From: Candidatus Latescibacterota bacterium
Lineage (GTDB): Bacteria > Latescibacterota > UBA2968 > UBA8231
Reading direction: 5' to 3'
Length of the DNA stretch: 64,000 nt
Assembly (NCBI GenBank): GCA_965206595.1
Contig: OZ242214.1
Coordinates: forward strand, 1,568,001-1,632,000
Part shown: piece after piece, positions 38,166 through 48,078 of the stretch
Layout of the letters: every line of letters starts with the position of its first letter
How positions within the stretch are numbered: the stretch's first letter is position 1
Position numbers and translations under genes: made by a program
Notes under the pieces: generated by a model
Database searches by the model: none
The model's input: only the letters and a program-made list of their open reading frames with translations
What the model was told of the DNA's origin: nothing

Positions 38166-41066
38166 TCAACCTGCTTTTCTCGGTTGGTGGCGGAGTTTCT
38201 GCTTTCGTATCCCGACCCCGTCGACGTGGATCTCGCGGTCGCCCTTGTACTTGATCGCAACCAGCAGTCGCTGCGTGCCTGCGAGTGAAAAGCCGAGCCG
38301 GTACGCTTCGCCGGTGAACGGAATCGACAGCCAGGCAGGGGAGAATACCCCCTCGGCGACAGGGGTGGTGAACCCGGCAATCAGCTCGGGGCGAGTGCGG
38401 TTCTCCGAGAACCAGCGCCGGGCGGTCTGTTCGACTGCCTCGTAATCCGCGCTGCCCGCAGTGAAGACCGCGGCGAAAATCGGCTCCGCCCGGCGCTCGA
38501 ACAGCACCGGCAGCGTCGAGCCGCTGAGCCGCAGGTCGAGGAGGTAGCGCCCCTGGTCGAGAGGGTCCGTGGCGACCAGGACCATGTCGTCCGACCCCAG
38601 GCGGTGCTGCTCGTCGAAGACCTGAACCTCGTCGTCGTCGAGGTCCAGGCGAACCGGAAGCATGGTGAATACCAAGGGGCCCAGGGACAGCTCTCCGGCT
38701 CCTGAAAACAGGAACCAAGCGTATCCGATATGGGGCTTGTCAAGATAGAAATGGAATTTGAAAAGGCTCGTATCCTGCTCGGCCCCCATGAGCATGAACA
38801 GCCGCTGTTCCCAGTGCTGTGTGGCAGGAAGGACATCGCGATAGCTGACCACCGCGGTGTGTGGAGCCTTCCCGGTTCGGCCGCGCGACACCACCGGAAC
38901 CTCGGCCCGGTAAACCCCCGGATGCAGCATCGCCAAGCGGTACGAGGCCAGCAGGCCGGGGGGATCCGAAGGGCCATTTGCCGAGTAGCGGCCGTCCTGC
39001 TCGCTTCCGGTTTCGGTTTTGTAGAATCCAGCATGCAGAATCCGGGAGTACCGCCGGGAACTGATGCCGCCGCCTGCAACCTCCGTCAAAATTCCCATCA
39101 TAGGGGAGCCGTGCGTCCGGATTGAAGCACCTGCAGCGTCCGCATACCCCCAGGCGACCGGCACGAGAGCTGCGAGACCGGCGATAACGAGGCGGGCTTC
39201 GCGTCGCCGGAAGATTTCGCCAGCACCGAAAAGAATCAGCAGACCAAGCCAGAACGATATCGCGAGATACGGTATGCCTGTGATCCCGCCCTCGAAGAAA
39301 TGGATGGAGAACGGGTAAAAGGCGGCCATTTCCCGGAAGTCTAGGTGGTCCCCCTGATATGATCCCTCGGGAAACACGAGCGCGGAAGCAATGCTGTCCC
39401 AACTGACCGCCAGACCGAGCAGGTAGGCGGCGACGGCGACCGCGGACCTCGACAGGGCGGCGATTCCCGCAGCGAGGCAGGGGAGCAGGGCCGGCAGGGC
39501 GGTCACCAGGAATCTCGCGGGCGGGCAGAAACCGAATTCCCAGCTCGGATGGATGCCGTTCGTAACCGCGGTGGCCGTGTACAGAGCGGCGACCACCAAC
39601 AGGCGCCGGTCTCGGGCGCGGACCAGCGCCAGGATTCCGGCAACAGCGACGAGAAAAACGGGGGAGTTGTTGACCAGTCCCTTGGTGCGGTGCAGCCAGT
39701 GGCCGGGAAGAGAGACCAGCCAGGTCGCCGGCTCGAGGGCGTTCTCGTCCCAGGCGTTGCCGGGGCGGAAGGAGCCCATCCAGTCGCCGGTAAAAGCGAA
39801 GTGGAAGGCCAGGACTCCAGCAAGGGAGGCGCCGGCAGCGGCGATCACCCCCGCCATGACAGCCTTTCTCCTGGTGCTGAAGAAAGCCTGCAGGGAGACG
39901 AGCCCCCCCAGCAGCATGCCGAGGGGGGCGTAGCGCGGGTGCAGAAGGACCAGGCAGGACGGGATGAGGGCCAGGCACGGCAGCAGGACGGGCTCCGCGG
40001 GCAGGCGGGAGTAGCCTCTCCCCGGCTGGAGCCAGTGGCTGAACAGCACGAGAGAAAATAGCGTTGCCAGCAGGGCGGGGACTTCGGGGTAAAGCTGGGC
40101 GCTGTAGATAAAAAGCGGAATCGTGGTTGCGGCCGCGGCGACGCTGGACAGGGCGGCGAAGCGGGACAGTCCCAGGCGCACGAGCCACAGGTAGGCGAGC
40201 CCGCAGGATGTCGCGGTCAGCAGGTTCATGAACAGGATGCATGCCAGCCTGGGGTTGGCCCAGAGCTCCAGTCCGGTCCAATAGGCGGGAACGAGCAGGA
40301 GGGAGAGCCCGATCGGATGAACCGAGTGGATCTTTCCCGGCGGCGAGGCCGGGGCCTTGTGCACGGCGAACCGAAGGGAATGGTATTCCGTAACGTCGCT
40401 GTTGCTGAGGTTGTCGGTGAGATCGAAGTCGCCGTCGCGAAGCAGACTCTGGGTCACCCTCAGGTAATGCCCCTCGTCCCCGTGCAGCATGGTCATCTGT
40501 CCGATGTAGATGCCGTACGCCGCGTAGATCAGGAAGGCGATGCAGGCGACTGCCGCGGCGATGCCGGAGTCGGGCAGGGCCCGGATTCGTTGGCGGAAAC
40601 GGTTCGACCAGCTCTCGCCCGAGGCGTCCAGCCCCCTGGCTGCGGCGATGCAGCAAGCTCCCGCAAGCGCCCAGCCGGCATGCGGTGACCACAACAGGGT
40701 CAGCCAGGGAAACAGGTCGGTGACCGGGTTCCACAGGGCGAGGAGGCGGAGCAGGAGCAGGGTCAAGACGAGTCCCGCCGCGGGAAGGAGGGGATCGACA
40801 CCACGCGGACCGGACTTCGCCGAGCGCGTAGCAAGGAGGAGGGCGACCGCGGCGAGCGCGGTGAACAGCTGGCCCCCGAAGCCCCACTCCGGCTGCCAGC
40901 GCGGATCTTCGACCGCGGCCCGCAGGCGTTCGTGGGAGAAGGCGATCAGCACGTCGAAACTGTCGGCGACGAACCAGCCGGCGAGACCCGCGGCCAGCAA
41001 GGCCACGGCGGCAAGGGCCCGGCTGCGCCCGGACAGGGTGGGGACCTGCCATTCCGGAAGATTCAT
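38166..41066 (-). CDS. Large polytopic membrane protein, probable GT-C glycosyltransferase
   Basis: GDEGHYL..TQSLLRDGDFDL, SVHPIGLSLLLVPAY, YPEVP, PPARFL; soluble C-terminal region. Confidence 0.65.
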   Translation of the reverse strand: MNLPEWQVPTLSGRSRALAAVALLAAGLAGWFVADSFDVLIAFSHERLRAAVEDPRWQPEWGFGGQLFTALAAVALLLATRSAKSGPRGVDPLLPAAGLVLTLLLLRLLALWNPVTDLFPWLTLLWSPHAGWALAGACCIAAARGLDASGESWSNRFRQRIRALPDSGIAAAVACIAFLIYAAYGIYIGQMTMLHGDEGHYLRVTQSLLRDGDFDLTDNLSNSDVTEYHSLRFAVHKAPASPPGKIHSVHPIGLSLLLVPAYWTGLELWANPRLACILFMNLLTATSCGLAYLWLVRLGLSRFAALSSVAAAATTIPLFIYSAQLYPEVPALLATLFSLVLFSHWLQPGRGYSRLPAEPVLLPCLALIPSCLVLLHPRYAPLGMLLGGLVSLQAFFSTRRKAVMAGVIAAAGASLAGVLAFHFAFTGDWMGSFRPGNAWDENALEPATWLVSLPGHWLHRTKGLVNNSPVFLVAVAGILALVRARDRRLLVVAALYTATAVTNGIHPSWEFGFCPPARFLVTALPALLPCLAAGIAALSRSAVAVAAYLLGLAVSWDSIASALVFPEGSYQGDHLDFREMAAFYPFSIHFFEGGITGIPYLAISFWLGLLILFGAGEIFRRREARLVIAGLAALVPVAWGYADAAGASIRTHGSPMMGILTEVAGGGISSRRYSRILHAGFYKTETGSEQDGRYSANGPSDPPGLLASYRLAMLHPGVYRAEVPVVSRGRTGKAPHTAVVSYRDVLPATQHWEQRLFMLMGAEQDTSLFKFHFYLDKPHIGYAWFLFSGAGELSLGPLVFTMLPVRLDLDDDEVQVFDEQHRLGSDDMVLVATDPLDQGRYLLDLRLSGSTLPVLFERRAEPIFAAVFTAGSADYEAVEQTARRWFSENRTRPELIAGFTTPVAEGVFSPAWLSIPFTGEAYRLGFSLAGTQRLLVAIKYKGDREIHVDGVGIRKQKLRHQPRKAG

Positions 41067-41117
41067 TGCGCTTGCGGGAGCGGCGGTGTCCCCGCGGGAA
41101 TACGCGGGTTCAGGCGC

Positions 41118-41651
41118 TCAGCGGTCGCAGTCCAGGGCGATGCGGCTGCCGGTGGCCTTGTTCTGGAATTGATACTTGCCGCTGTAGGGGTTGGAGGTGG
41201 AGCGGTCGAGGCGGGCGAACACCAGCTGGCAGATGCGCCTGCCTCTACACAGCCGAATCGGCAGCCTGTTGGCGTTGAACAGCTCCAGGGTCAGGGTGCC
41301 GGAGAAACCGGGATCGACCCAGCCGGCATTCTGGATGAAGAGGCCGATGCGGCCGATGGAGCTGCGCCCCTCGACGAAGGCGGTCAGGTTGTCGGGCAGC
41401 CGGATGGACTCAAGGGTCGCCGCCAGCAGGAAGGAGTGCGGCGGAATCACGATTTCTTCCTGGTGCAGCTCCTGGTAGCTGATCTCCTGATCGAGCCGCA
41501 TTGCCTCCAGGCGGTTCTCGTCCACCTTGAGAAAGTGATCGCTGAGGCGAAGGTCGATGGAAGCGGGCTGAATCTGGTCCGGGGTGTGGGGATCGACCCC
41601 CAGCTCTCCGGTGGAGAGCAGGTCGCGAATGGCCGCGTCGGAAAGGATCAT
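41118..41651 (-). CDS. dcd: dCTP deaminase
   Basis: MILSD, IQPASIDLRL, EGRSSIGR.GL, AGWVDPGF.G.LTLE, ICQLVF, YSGKYQ. Confidence 0.95.
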   Translation of the reverse strand: MILSDAAIRDLLSTGELGVDPHTPDQIQPASIDLRLSDHFLKVDENRLEAMRLDQEISYQELHQEEIVIPPHSFLLAATLESIRLPDNLTAFVEGRSSIGRIGLFIQNAGWVDPGFSGTLTLELFNANRLPIRLCRGRRICQLVFARLDRSTSNPYSGKYQFQNKATGSRIALDCDR

Positions 41652-41684
41652 CGCACCCGGCTGGAGAAGGGCAAGCGGGGCGCC

Positions 41685-43184
41685 CTATCCGGCTTGCTTC
41701 CAGTCCCTGGCGAGCCGGGTCAGCAGACGGACCCCGAAGCCGACGCCCCCCTTGGGTATGTAGGGATTTGTCCGGGTGGTCCAAGCGGTGCCGGCGATAT
41801 CGAGGTGGACCCAGGGGGAGTCGACGAACTCCTGCAGGAGGGCCGCTGCGGTGATCGCCCCCCCGGAGCGCCCACCGGTGTTCTTCATGTCCGCAACCTG
41901 GCTCTTGATCTGATCCCGGTACTCCGGCCACAGCGGCAGCGGCCAGACGCGCTCACCGGTCTCTTCCCCCGCTTCCAGCACTTTCTCCTTGAGTTCTTCG
42001 TCGTTTCCAAGCATGCCCGCGGCGTGCGATCCCAGGGCAATGACGCAGGCACCGGTCAGGGTCGCCAGGTCGACGATGGCGGCCGGTTTCAGCCGGCGCG
42101 CGTACCCGAGTGCATCGGCGAGGATGAGCCGCCCCTCGGCATCGGTGTTGTCGATCTCTATGGTTTTCCCCGTGATCGTTTTGAGGACGTCCCCGGGCTT
42201 GAACGCTCTTCCCCCGGGGAGGTTCTCCGTCGCCGGCACCAGGCCGACGATGTGTTGGGGAAGATCGAGGTCTGAAACCGCCTGCATCGCCCCGATCACC
42301 GCCGCGGCTCCTGACATGTCGAACTTCATGTCGCCCATGCGGTCGCCCGGCTTCAGTGAAATGCCGCCGCTGTCGAAGGTCACCCCCTTGCCGACGAAGA
42401 CCAGGGGTTTGCCGCCCTTGGCTCCTCCGTGCTCCAGCACGATGAACCGCGCAGGTTCGCTGCTGCCGCGGGTCACCCCCAACAGCGCCCCCATGCCCAA
42501 CCGGCGCATGCCGGTTTCGTCGAGCACCTGGCAGCGCAGACTGCGGTTGCGGGCGATCCTGCGGGCGATACTCGCCAGGTAGGTCGGGGTTGCCGTGTTG
42601 CCGGGGTGGTTGGCGAGGTCGCGGGCAAGGGAAGCGGCTTCCGCAATGGCGCGGCCTGTCCTGTTCCCGCGGCGGGCGGGGGCGAGCTTCGACTGGTCGA
42701 ACTCGACGATGGCGAGGGCGCGCAGCCGCGAGGGCTTTCTTTCCCGGGTCTGGTACTGGTCGAAGCGGTAACATGCGAGGATGCTCCCCTCGGCGACCGC
42801 CTGGGCCGCCGCCTCCACCTCGATCCCGCCCTCGCCCGCGCCGTGGAGTATGGTTGCCGCTCTCTCGACCCCGAGGTCCTGGAGCGCTGCCGCCGCGGTT
42901 CCCGCGGCCTGGCGCGCGGTCTCTGCGCCGAACGATTCCTTCCTGCCGAGTCCGACGACGAGGACGCGGGGCGCCTCGATGCGGCCATGGGTGTACAGCA
43001 ACAAGGTCTCGTTCTTCCTGCCGGCGAAATCCCCGTCGGCAACCGCCCTGCCGATCAGCCCCCCGATCTCCCGGTCGACGGCGCCGGTGGCTCCTCCCGG
43101 CCGCTCGACGCCCTCGAACAGGTTGACGATCAGCGCCGGCTCCTTGCGCTTTTGAATTTCACCACGCGTTACAGTAATATTCAT
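41685..43184 (-). CDS. pepA: Leucyl aminopeptidase (M17)
   Basis: VGKGVTFDSGGISLK, MKFDMSG, NTDAEGRLILADAL, ATLTGA, HLDIAG. Confidence 0.96.
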   Translation of the reverse strand: MNITVTRGEIQKRKEPALIVNLFEGVERPGGATGAVDREIGGLIGRAVADGDFAGRKNETLLLYTHGRIEAPRVLVVGLGRKESFGAETARQAAGTAAAALQDLGVERAATILHGAGEGGIEVEAAAQAVAEGSILACYRFDQYQTRERKPSRLRALAIVEFDQSKLAPARRGNRTGRAIAEAASLARDLANHPGNTATPTYLASIARRIARNRSLRCQVLDETGMRRLGMGALLGVTRGSSEPARFIVLEHGGAKGGKPLVFVGKGVTFDSGGISLKPGDRMGDMKFDMSGAAAVIGAMQAVSDLDLPQHIVGLVPATENLPGGRAFKPGDVLKTITGKTIEIDNTDAEGRLILADALGYARRLKPAAIVDLATLTGACVIALGSHAAGMLGNDEELKEKVLEAGEETGERVWPLPLWPEYRDQIKSQVADMKNTGGRSGGAITAAALLQEFVDSPWVHLDIAGTAWTTRTNPYIPKGGVGFGVRLLTRLARDWKQAG

Positions 43185-43243
43185 TTTCGTTCTTACTTAA
43201 TGGCCAATCTGAATCGCCAATTTTCCGCTGCGGAAGGCGGGGG

Positions 43244-43272
43244 ATTGTAGATTTGCCCTATCCGGGTGTCAA
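43244..43272 (-). promoter_or_regulatory. Sigma70 promoter of pepA-dcd
   Basis: Minus strand TTGACA-17 nt-TACAAT. Confidence 0.7.
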
Positions 43273-43289
43273 GCATCCATCGCGACCGC

Positions 43290-43976
43290 ATGCAACTGTT
43301 CCTGATCCGCCACGGGCAGTCGTTCAACAACGCCCTGAAAGACGTCACCGCTCGAGTCGCCGATCCAGAACTTACGGAACGGGGTGTAGAGCAGGCGCGG
43401 CTCGTCGCCGCCCACCTCGCCGCCGGCGGCCATCTGAGGGGGTCCGAGCGCGACAGCGGACCGAAGCTCGACGAGCTCTGCTGCAGCCCGATGATCAGGG
43501 CTCTGCAGACAGCCGAACCGATCGCCCGGGCCCTGGGATTGACCCCCAAGGTCTGGGCCGACGTTCACGAGATCGGGGGGATCTTCCTCGACAACGATGA
43601 CGGCACGGCCACAGGTTTCCCGGGGTGCACCCGGGAGGAGATCACCGGTCGGTTTTCCGGTTTCGCGTGCGACGGTATCGGGGATCGCGGCTGGTGGCTG
43701 GGCGCCAAGGAGACCCCGGGAGAGGGCCGCGGCAGGGCCCTTGCCGCGGCCGCGGAGCTCACCGCCCGTTCCGGCGAGCCGTTGCGGGTAGGGGTCGTGT
43801 CGCACGGCGATTTCATGAGCGCCCTGATAAAGGCGCTGGCGAATCACCTGCCGAGCTGGGGTCTGCAGTACCACCACGAGAACACCGCGATCACGAGAAT
43901 CGACTTCGATGACGGGGTCGTGGTCGAGTACTTGAACCGCGCCGACCACCTGCCCGCCCACCTCCTCTCCTACTAG
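43290..43976 (+). CDS. Histidine phosphatase (phosphoglycerate mutase) family protein
   Basis: LIRHGQS, LT..G..QA, SPMIRALQTA, VVSHG. Confidence 0.9.
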   Translation: MQLFLIRHGQSFNNALKDVTARVADPELTERGVEQARLVAAHLAAGGHLRGSERDSGPKLDELCCSPMIRALQTAEPIARALGLTPKVWADVHEIGGIFLDNDDGTATGFPGCTREEITGRFSGFACDGIGDRGWWLGAKETPGEGRGRALAAAAELTARSGEPLRVGVVSHGDFMSALIKALANHLPSWGLQYHHENTAITRIDFDDGVVVEYLNRADHLPAHLLSY

Positions 43977-44025
43977 GCTCGCGACAATCGCCGCTGTCCG
44001 GCCAGAGCTGAAACGGAGCTGAATC

Positions 44026-44370
44026 GTGAAGGTATACGCACTGACCCTCAATCTCGTCGACGATGCCCGGACCATTGAGGAATACAAGGATTACCACCGA
44101 AACCCCTGGCCCGAGCCGCTGCAGGGATTGAGGGAAGTCGGCATCACCGACATGAAAATCTTCCTCCTTGGCCGCCGCATGTTCATGTACATGACGGCTG
44201 TCGACGAGTTCGATCCCGACGTCGATTTTCCGCGTTACATCGAACAGAATCCCAGGGCCGCGGGATGGGACGAACTGATGAGGACCTTCCAGGAGCGCGT
44301 GCCGGAGGCAAAGGCAGGGGAGTGGTGGGCCCTGATGGAGCAGGTTTTCGACCTGCAGGAGCACGTGTGA
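44026..44370 (+). CDS. L-rhamnose mutarotase family protein
   Basis: EEYKDYH..PWPE, GI..M.IF..G..MFM, W..MEQVF. Confidence 0.85.
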   Translation: MKVYALTLNLVDDARTIEEYKDYHRNPWPEPLQGLREVGITDMKIFLLGRRMFMYMTAVDEFDPDVDFPRYIEQNPRAAGWDELMRTFQERVPEAKAGEWWALMEQVFDLQEHV

Positions 44371-45500
44371 CGAGGGCAGACCCGCTCCTGGCGATGGAGG
44401 GCGTCGGGGCCGGTGCCGGGGAGTCCTTCAGCTTGAATTTCTCCCCTGGTCCCGCGCTGCTGCCGAAATCTGTCAGGGAGCAGATAGGGGGCCACTTTGC
44501 CTCCAGTTCCGAGGGTCTTTCGATCGTCGAGATCAGCCACCGCAGCCCCGAGTACGAGGAGATCCACCACCGCGCCCTGGCGCGGTGCCGGGCGCTCTAC
44601 GGGATCCCGGACGACATCGAAGTACTGTTCCTGGGAGGAGGGGCCTCGCAGCAGTTCGCCATGGTGCCGATGAACCTGCTGCGCCGGGCGCGCTCGGCCG
44701 ACTACATCGATACCGGCTCCTGGTCGCGGAAGGCCAAGGCCGAGGCCGCGCGTCTCGGCAGGAAGACGAGGATCGCCGCTTCTAGCGCCGACAGGGGATA
44801 CAGCTACATCCCGGGGCAGGACTCTCTCCGCCTCGAGGCCGACGCAGAGTACCTCCACCTGACCAGCAACAACACCATTGTCGGCACCCAGTACTGCGGT
44901 TACCCGGACAGCGGCGAGGTTCCGCTGGCCGTCGACCTCACCTCGGACCTGCTGGCGCGGCCCGTCTCCTGGGAGCGGGTCGGAGTGGCCTACGGCGGCA
45001 CCCAGAAGAACGCCGGAGTCGCCGGGTGCACGCTGGTTTTTTTGCACCGCGACCTCCTCTCGAGGGAGGAGGATTCGATCCCGGCGATCTTCCGGTATTC
45101 GACCCATGCCGGTGCCGCCTCTCTCTACAACACCCCCCCGGTGTTCGCCGTGTTCGTGCTCGATCTCGTCCTCGGGTGGCTGGAGGGGTCCGGCGGTCTC
45201 GACGCCGCGGAAAGGCGCAATGACCGCAAGGCGCGCATCCTCTACGACGTCATCGATGGCAATCCTGTGTACCGGGGCTTAGCCGAGCCTTCCTCGCGGT
45301 CGGCGATGAACGTCACCTTCGACCTCTCGGACCCGCAGCAGCGGAGCCGCTTTTCAGCTGCCGCCGAGCAGCAGGGATTCGTCGGGCTGCAGGGCCATCG
45401 CTCCTTAGGGGGACTGCGCGCCTCACTCTACAACGGCATGACGGAAGAGGGTTGCCGGGCCCTCGCCGATTTCATGCGCGACTTCGCAGCCAGCCTGTAG
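44367..45500 (+). CDS. serC: Phosphoserine aminotransferase
   Basis: NFSPGPA.LP, EISHRS, GGAS.QF..VPMN, SNNTIVG, GTQKN, YNTPP, GHRSLGGLRASLYN; start 44367 or 44394. Confidence 0.93.
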   Translation: MTRADPLLAMEGVGAGAGESFSLNFSPGPALLPKSVREQIGGHFASSSEGLSIVEISHRSPEYEEIHHRALARCRALYGIPDDIEVLFLGGGASQQFAMVPMNLLRRARSADYIDTGSWSRKAKAEAARLGRKTRIAASSADRGYSYIPGQDSLRLEADAEYLHLTSNNTIVGTQYCGYPDSGEVPLAVDLTSDLLARPVSWERVGVAYGGTQKNAGVAGCTLVFLHRDLLSREEDSIPAIFRYSTHAGAASLYNTPPVFAVFVLDLVLGWLEGSGGLDAAERRNDRKARILYDVIDGNPVYRGLAEPSSRSAMNVTFDLSDPQQRSRFSAAAEQQGFVGLQGHRSLGGLRASLYNGMTEEGCRALADFMRDFAASL

Positions 45501-45622
45501 AGATTCCTCCCGCAGAACCGCAGAAGTTTCACCGCGTCGGAAGAACGGACCGACCGCGAATGCGGCATCCGGGATCAGGGGAAGTTCCGCCTACCCCCCT
45601 TTCCGGATGCAGCTTAGCCACT

Positions 45623-47059
45623 CTATGGGCGGGAGCCCGCTTTTTTCCGCTTTCCCTCGCTCCTGGCGGTTCGGTGTTTTCCCGCCTGCAGGCGGTCGGC
45701 AGCCTTGACGGAGCCGATGTGGAGGGTGTCGTACGCCTGCTGTGAGCTCTCGAATGGACCAGGGTGGCCGGTTCCGTGCCACTCGAGGTTGGTGTACATG
45801 GGATTGGTGCGCCCGGTCTCGCGCTCCCTCCTGGCAACCCAGCTTTCCATCCTGCCGCGCAGGGTGGCGACGATGTCCGGCTCCCTGTCGGCGAGGTTGT
45901 CGAGCTCGAGAGGGTCGCGCACGAGGTTGTAGAGCTCGAGCTCCGGTTTGAAGTGGAAGTCGGGCTCGAGCGCCTGGATCAACTTCCATTCCGGACTACG
46001 CCACCCGTGCTTGCGCATCCAGGTGCACTCGGTGATGTAGAAATCCGAGTAGTTCGAGGGCTTTTCCCCGGCGATCAGCGGCAGCAGCGAGCTGCCGTCG
46101 AAGGGGATTCTGCGGGCCGGGATTCCCAGCAGCTTCAGGATCGTGGGCATGAGATCCTGGTGCAGCGAGAACCCCGAAACCCTGCTGCCGGCAGGGAGTC
46201 GTCGGGGAAGCCGCATGATCAGGGGCACGTGCAAGGTGTTCTCGTAGAGGCCGTGGTGATCGAACCAGCACTCGTGCTCGTAGAGGGTCTCGCCGTGATC
46301 GCCGTTGAAAATCACCAGGGTGTCCTCCCGCAGTCCCAGCTCGTCGAGACGGGTCAGGAGTCGCTGGATACAGGCGTCCATGTAGGCGACGGCGCCGTCG
46401 TACTGGGCGACGGCGTATTCGGCGTCCGTCAGGCCGGGGGGCATCCACTGGGCGAAAAAATCGCGAAACGGCTTGAAAGCCCAGACCGGCTCCATCGATT
46501 TGTTCTCCGGGTCGAGCTCGTCGCCGCTGTAGAACAGGCGCTCGAACGGGGCGGGAGGCAGGTAGGGAGCGTGCGGGTCCATGTGCCGCAGGAAGAGAAA
46601 GAACGGCTTCCCTGCGGCGGCGAGGCGCTCGAGCTCCGGGACCGCGACCTCGTTGAGGTTCTCCGCCTTGGGGCTGCGTCCCTCGGCCCAGCTGCCCCAG
46701 CCTGCGTACTCGAGGTAGCTGTCGAAGCCGCGCATGCCGACATTGTCCCCGCCGACGCCGGTGGTGTTGTACCCGTGTTCGCCGAGTATCCGGGGAAGGG
46801 TCAGAACGTCGGCGGGCACCTCGGTCTTGTGGCGCAGGGCGACCACCGTCGTCGAGAAGCAGTCGCGTCCGCTGAGCATCGACGTGTAGGCCGAGGTGGT
46901 CGGGATGTGGGGGGCGTAGTTGCGCTCGAAGAGGACTCCCTGCGAGGCGAACCGGTCGATGTGCGGAGTCGTCAGGCGTTCGTACCCGTAGCAACTCATG
47001 TGGTCGGCGCGCAGGCTGTCGACGCCGAAGAACAGCAGGTTGAGCTTTTTCCTGGCCAT
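45623..47059 (-). CDS. Sulfatase / alkaline phosphatase superfamily protein
   Basis: VDSLRADHMSCYGY...TPHID, DPHAPY, YDG.V.YMD, GDHGE, DHHGLY...HVPL, LYNL..DPLE. Confidence 0.88.
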   Translation of the reverse strand: MARKKLNLLFFGVDSLRADHMSCYGYERLTTPHIDRFASQGVLFERNYAPHIPTTSAYTSMLSGRDCFSTTVVALRHKTEVPADVLTLPRILGEHGYNTTGVGGDNVGMRGFDSYLEYAGWGSWAEGRSPKAENLNEVAVPELERLAAAGKPFFLFLRHMDPHAPYLPPAPFERLFYSGDELDPENKSMEPVWAFKPFRDFFAQWMPPGLTDAEYAVAQYDGAVAYMDACIQRLLTRLDELGLREDTLVIFNGDHGETLYEHECWFDHHGLYENTLHVPLIMRLPRRLPAGSRVSGFSLHQDLMPTILKLLGIPARRIPFDGSSLLPLIAGEKPSNYSDFYITECTWMRKHGWRSPEWKLIQALEPDFHFKPELELYNLVRDPLELDNLADREPDIVATLRGRMESWVARRERETGRTNPMYTNLEWHGTGHPGPFESSQQAYDTLHIGSVKAADRLQAGKHRTARSEGKRKKAGSRP

Positions 47060-47174
47060 GGTGGGTATCTTGGTGAGTGTGTGTGCGAACAAGGGCTGCC
47101 TGAGAGGAGCCAAGCCTAGGCCCGGTCCGGCAGGTGGTCAAGAAACGGCAGGGCGCCCGATTCCCTCCTCGAAG

Positions 47175-48074
47175 GTGGGGGGCGCGCTGCTGCTGACAGC
47201 GTTCCTGTCGATCGTCTGGGGAGGCTGCAGTGAAGGACAGGACGAAGGCGGGAAGCCCACGGCCGAGGCTGCCCGGGGAACGGCAAATTCCGCTCCCCGG
47301 GGCGGTGGTGCAGGAGAGGAGAGGAGGCGCGATCCGGCCACGGAGTTCCGGCGCCGGTTTCTCAGCCCTTCGTCATCCGACTCCGTGCGCCAGCTTCTGG
47401 CGCGGCACCTGTTTTCCCGTGATCCGGCCTTTCTCGCCAGAGAGTATGGAAATCCCGCCAACACCGCGGCCGTCAGGTCCGCGATCAACCGCGGGGTCGC
47501 CGCCGGGGATACCATCGTCATACCGCTGCTGGTCCTGCTCTTCCAACAGCGCGGCGGGGAAGAGTGGATCGATTTCGAGGTGGCGCTGCTGAGCTTCGGC
47601 CCAAGGGCGGAGAAACCGCTCGCCGCCCTTCTCGGGGATGCCGACCCGTCGGTGGTGCTGCGCGTACTCGACGCCCTCGGCAAGCTCGAGGCGAGCGCTG
47701 AGATCGGTGCGGTTGCCGAACAGCTGCGGCACCGGGATTCCTGGGTCCGCATCGGCGCGGCGCACGCCCTCGGCGAGATCGGCGACACCACTGCGGTCGC
47801 CTTCCTTATGCAAGCCCTCGACGACACCAGCTACTCGGTGGCCAACGCCGCCATGGTCGGCCTCGGCAGGCTGCGTGCTGCCAGGGCGTACGACAGGCTG
47901 ATCGAGTTCACCGGAAGCGACAACCAGCACGTTCGCAAACACGCGGCCATGGCCCTCGGCGAGCTGGGGGACCCGGCGGCCCGGCCGGTCTTGCGCAGGC
48001 TCGCCGAAAGGGACGAGGACTCCGGCGTGCGCTTCATGGCCAGCCGTGCAATCAAGGTGCTCGAGGGGGAGTAG
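47175..48074 (+). CDS. HEAT-repeat lipoprotein
   Basis: Lipobox-like VWGGC; repeats VRIGAAHALGEIGD and VRKHAAMALGELGD; start uncertain. Confidence 0.75.
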   Translation: MGGALLLTAFLSIVWGGCSEGQDEGGKPTAEAARGTANSAPRGGGAGEERRRDPATEFRRRFLSPSSSDSVRQLLARHLFSRDPAFLAREYGNPANTAAVRSAINRGVAAGDTIVIPLLVLLFQQRGGEEWIDFEVALLSFGPRAEKPLAALLGDADPSVVLRVLDALGKLEASAEIGAVAEQLRHRDSWVRIGAAHALGEIGDTTAVAFLMQALDDTSYSVANAAMVGLGRLRAARAYDRLIEFTGSDNQHVRKHAAMALGELGDPAARPVLRRLAERDEDSGVRFMASRAIKVLEGE

Positions 48075-48078
48075 CATT

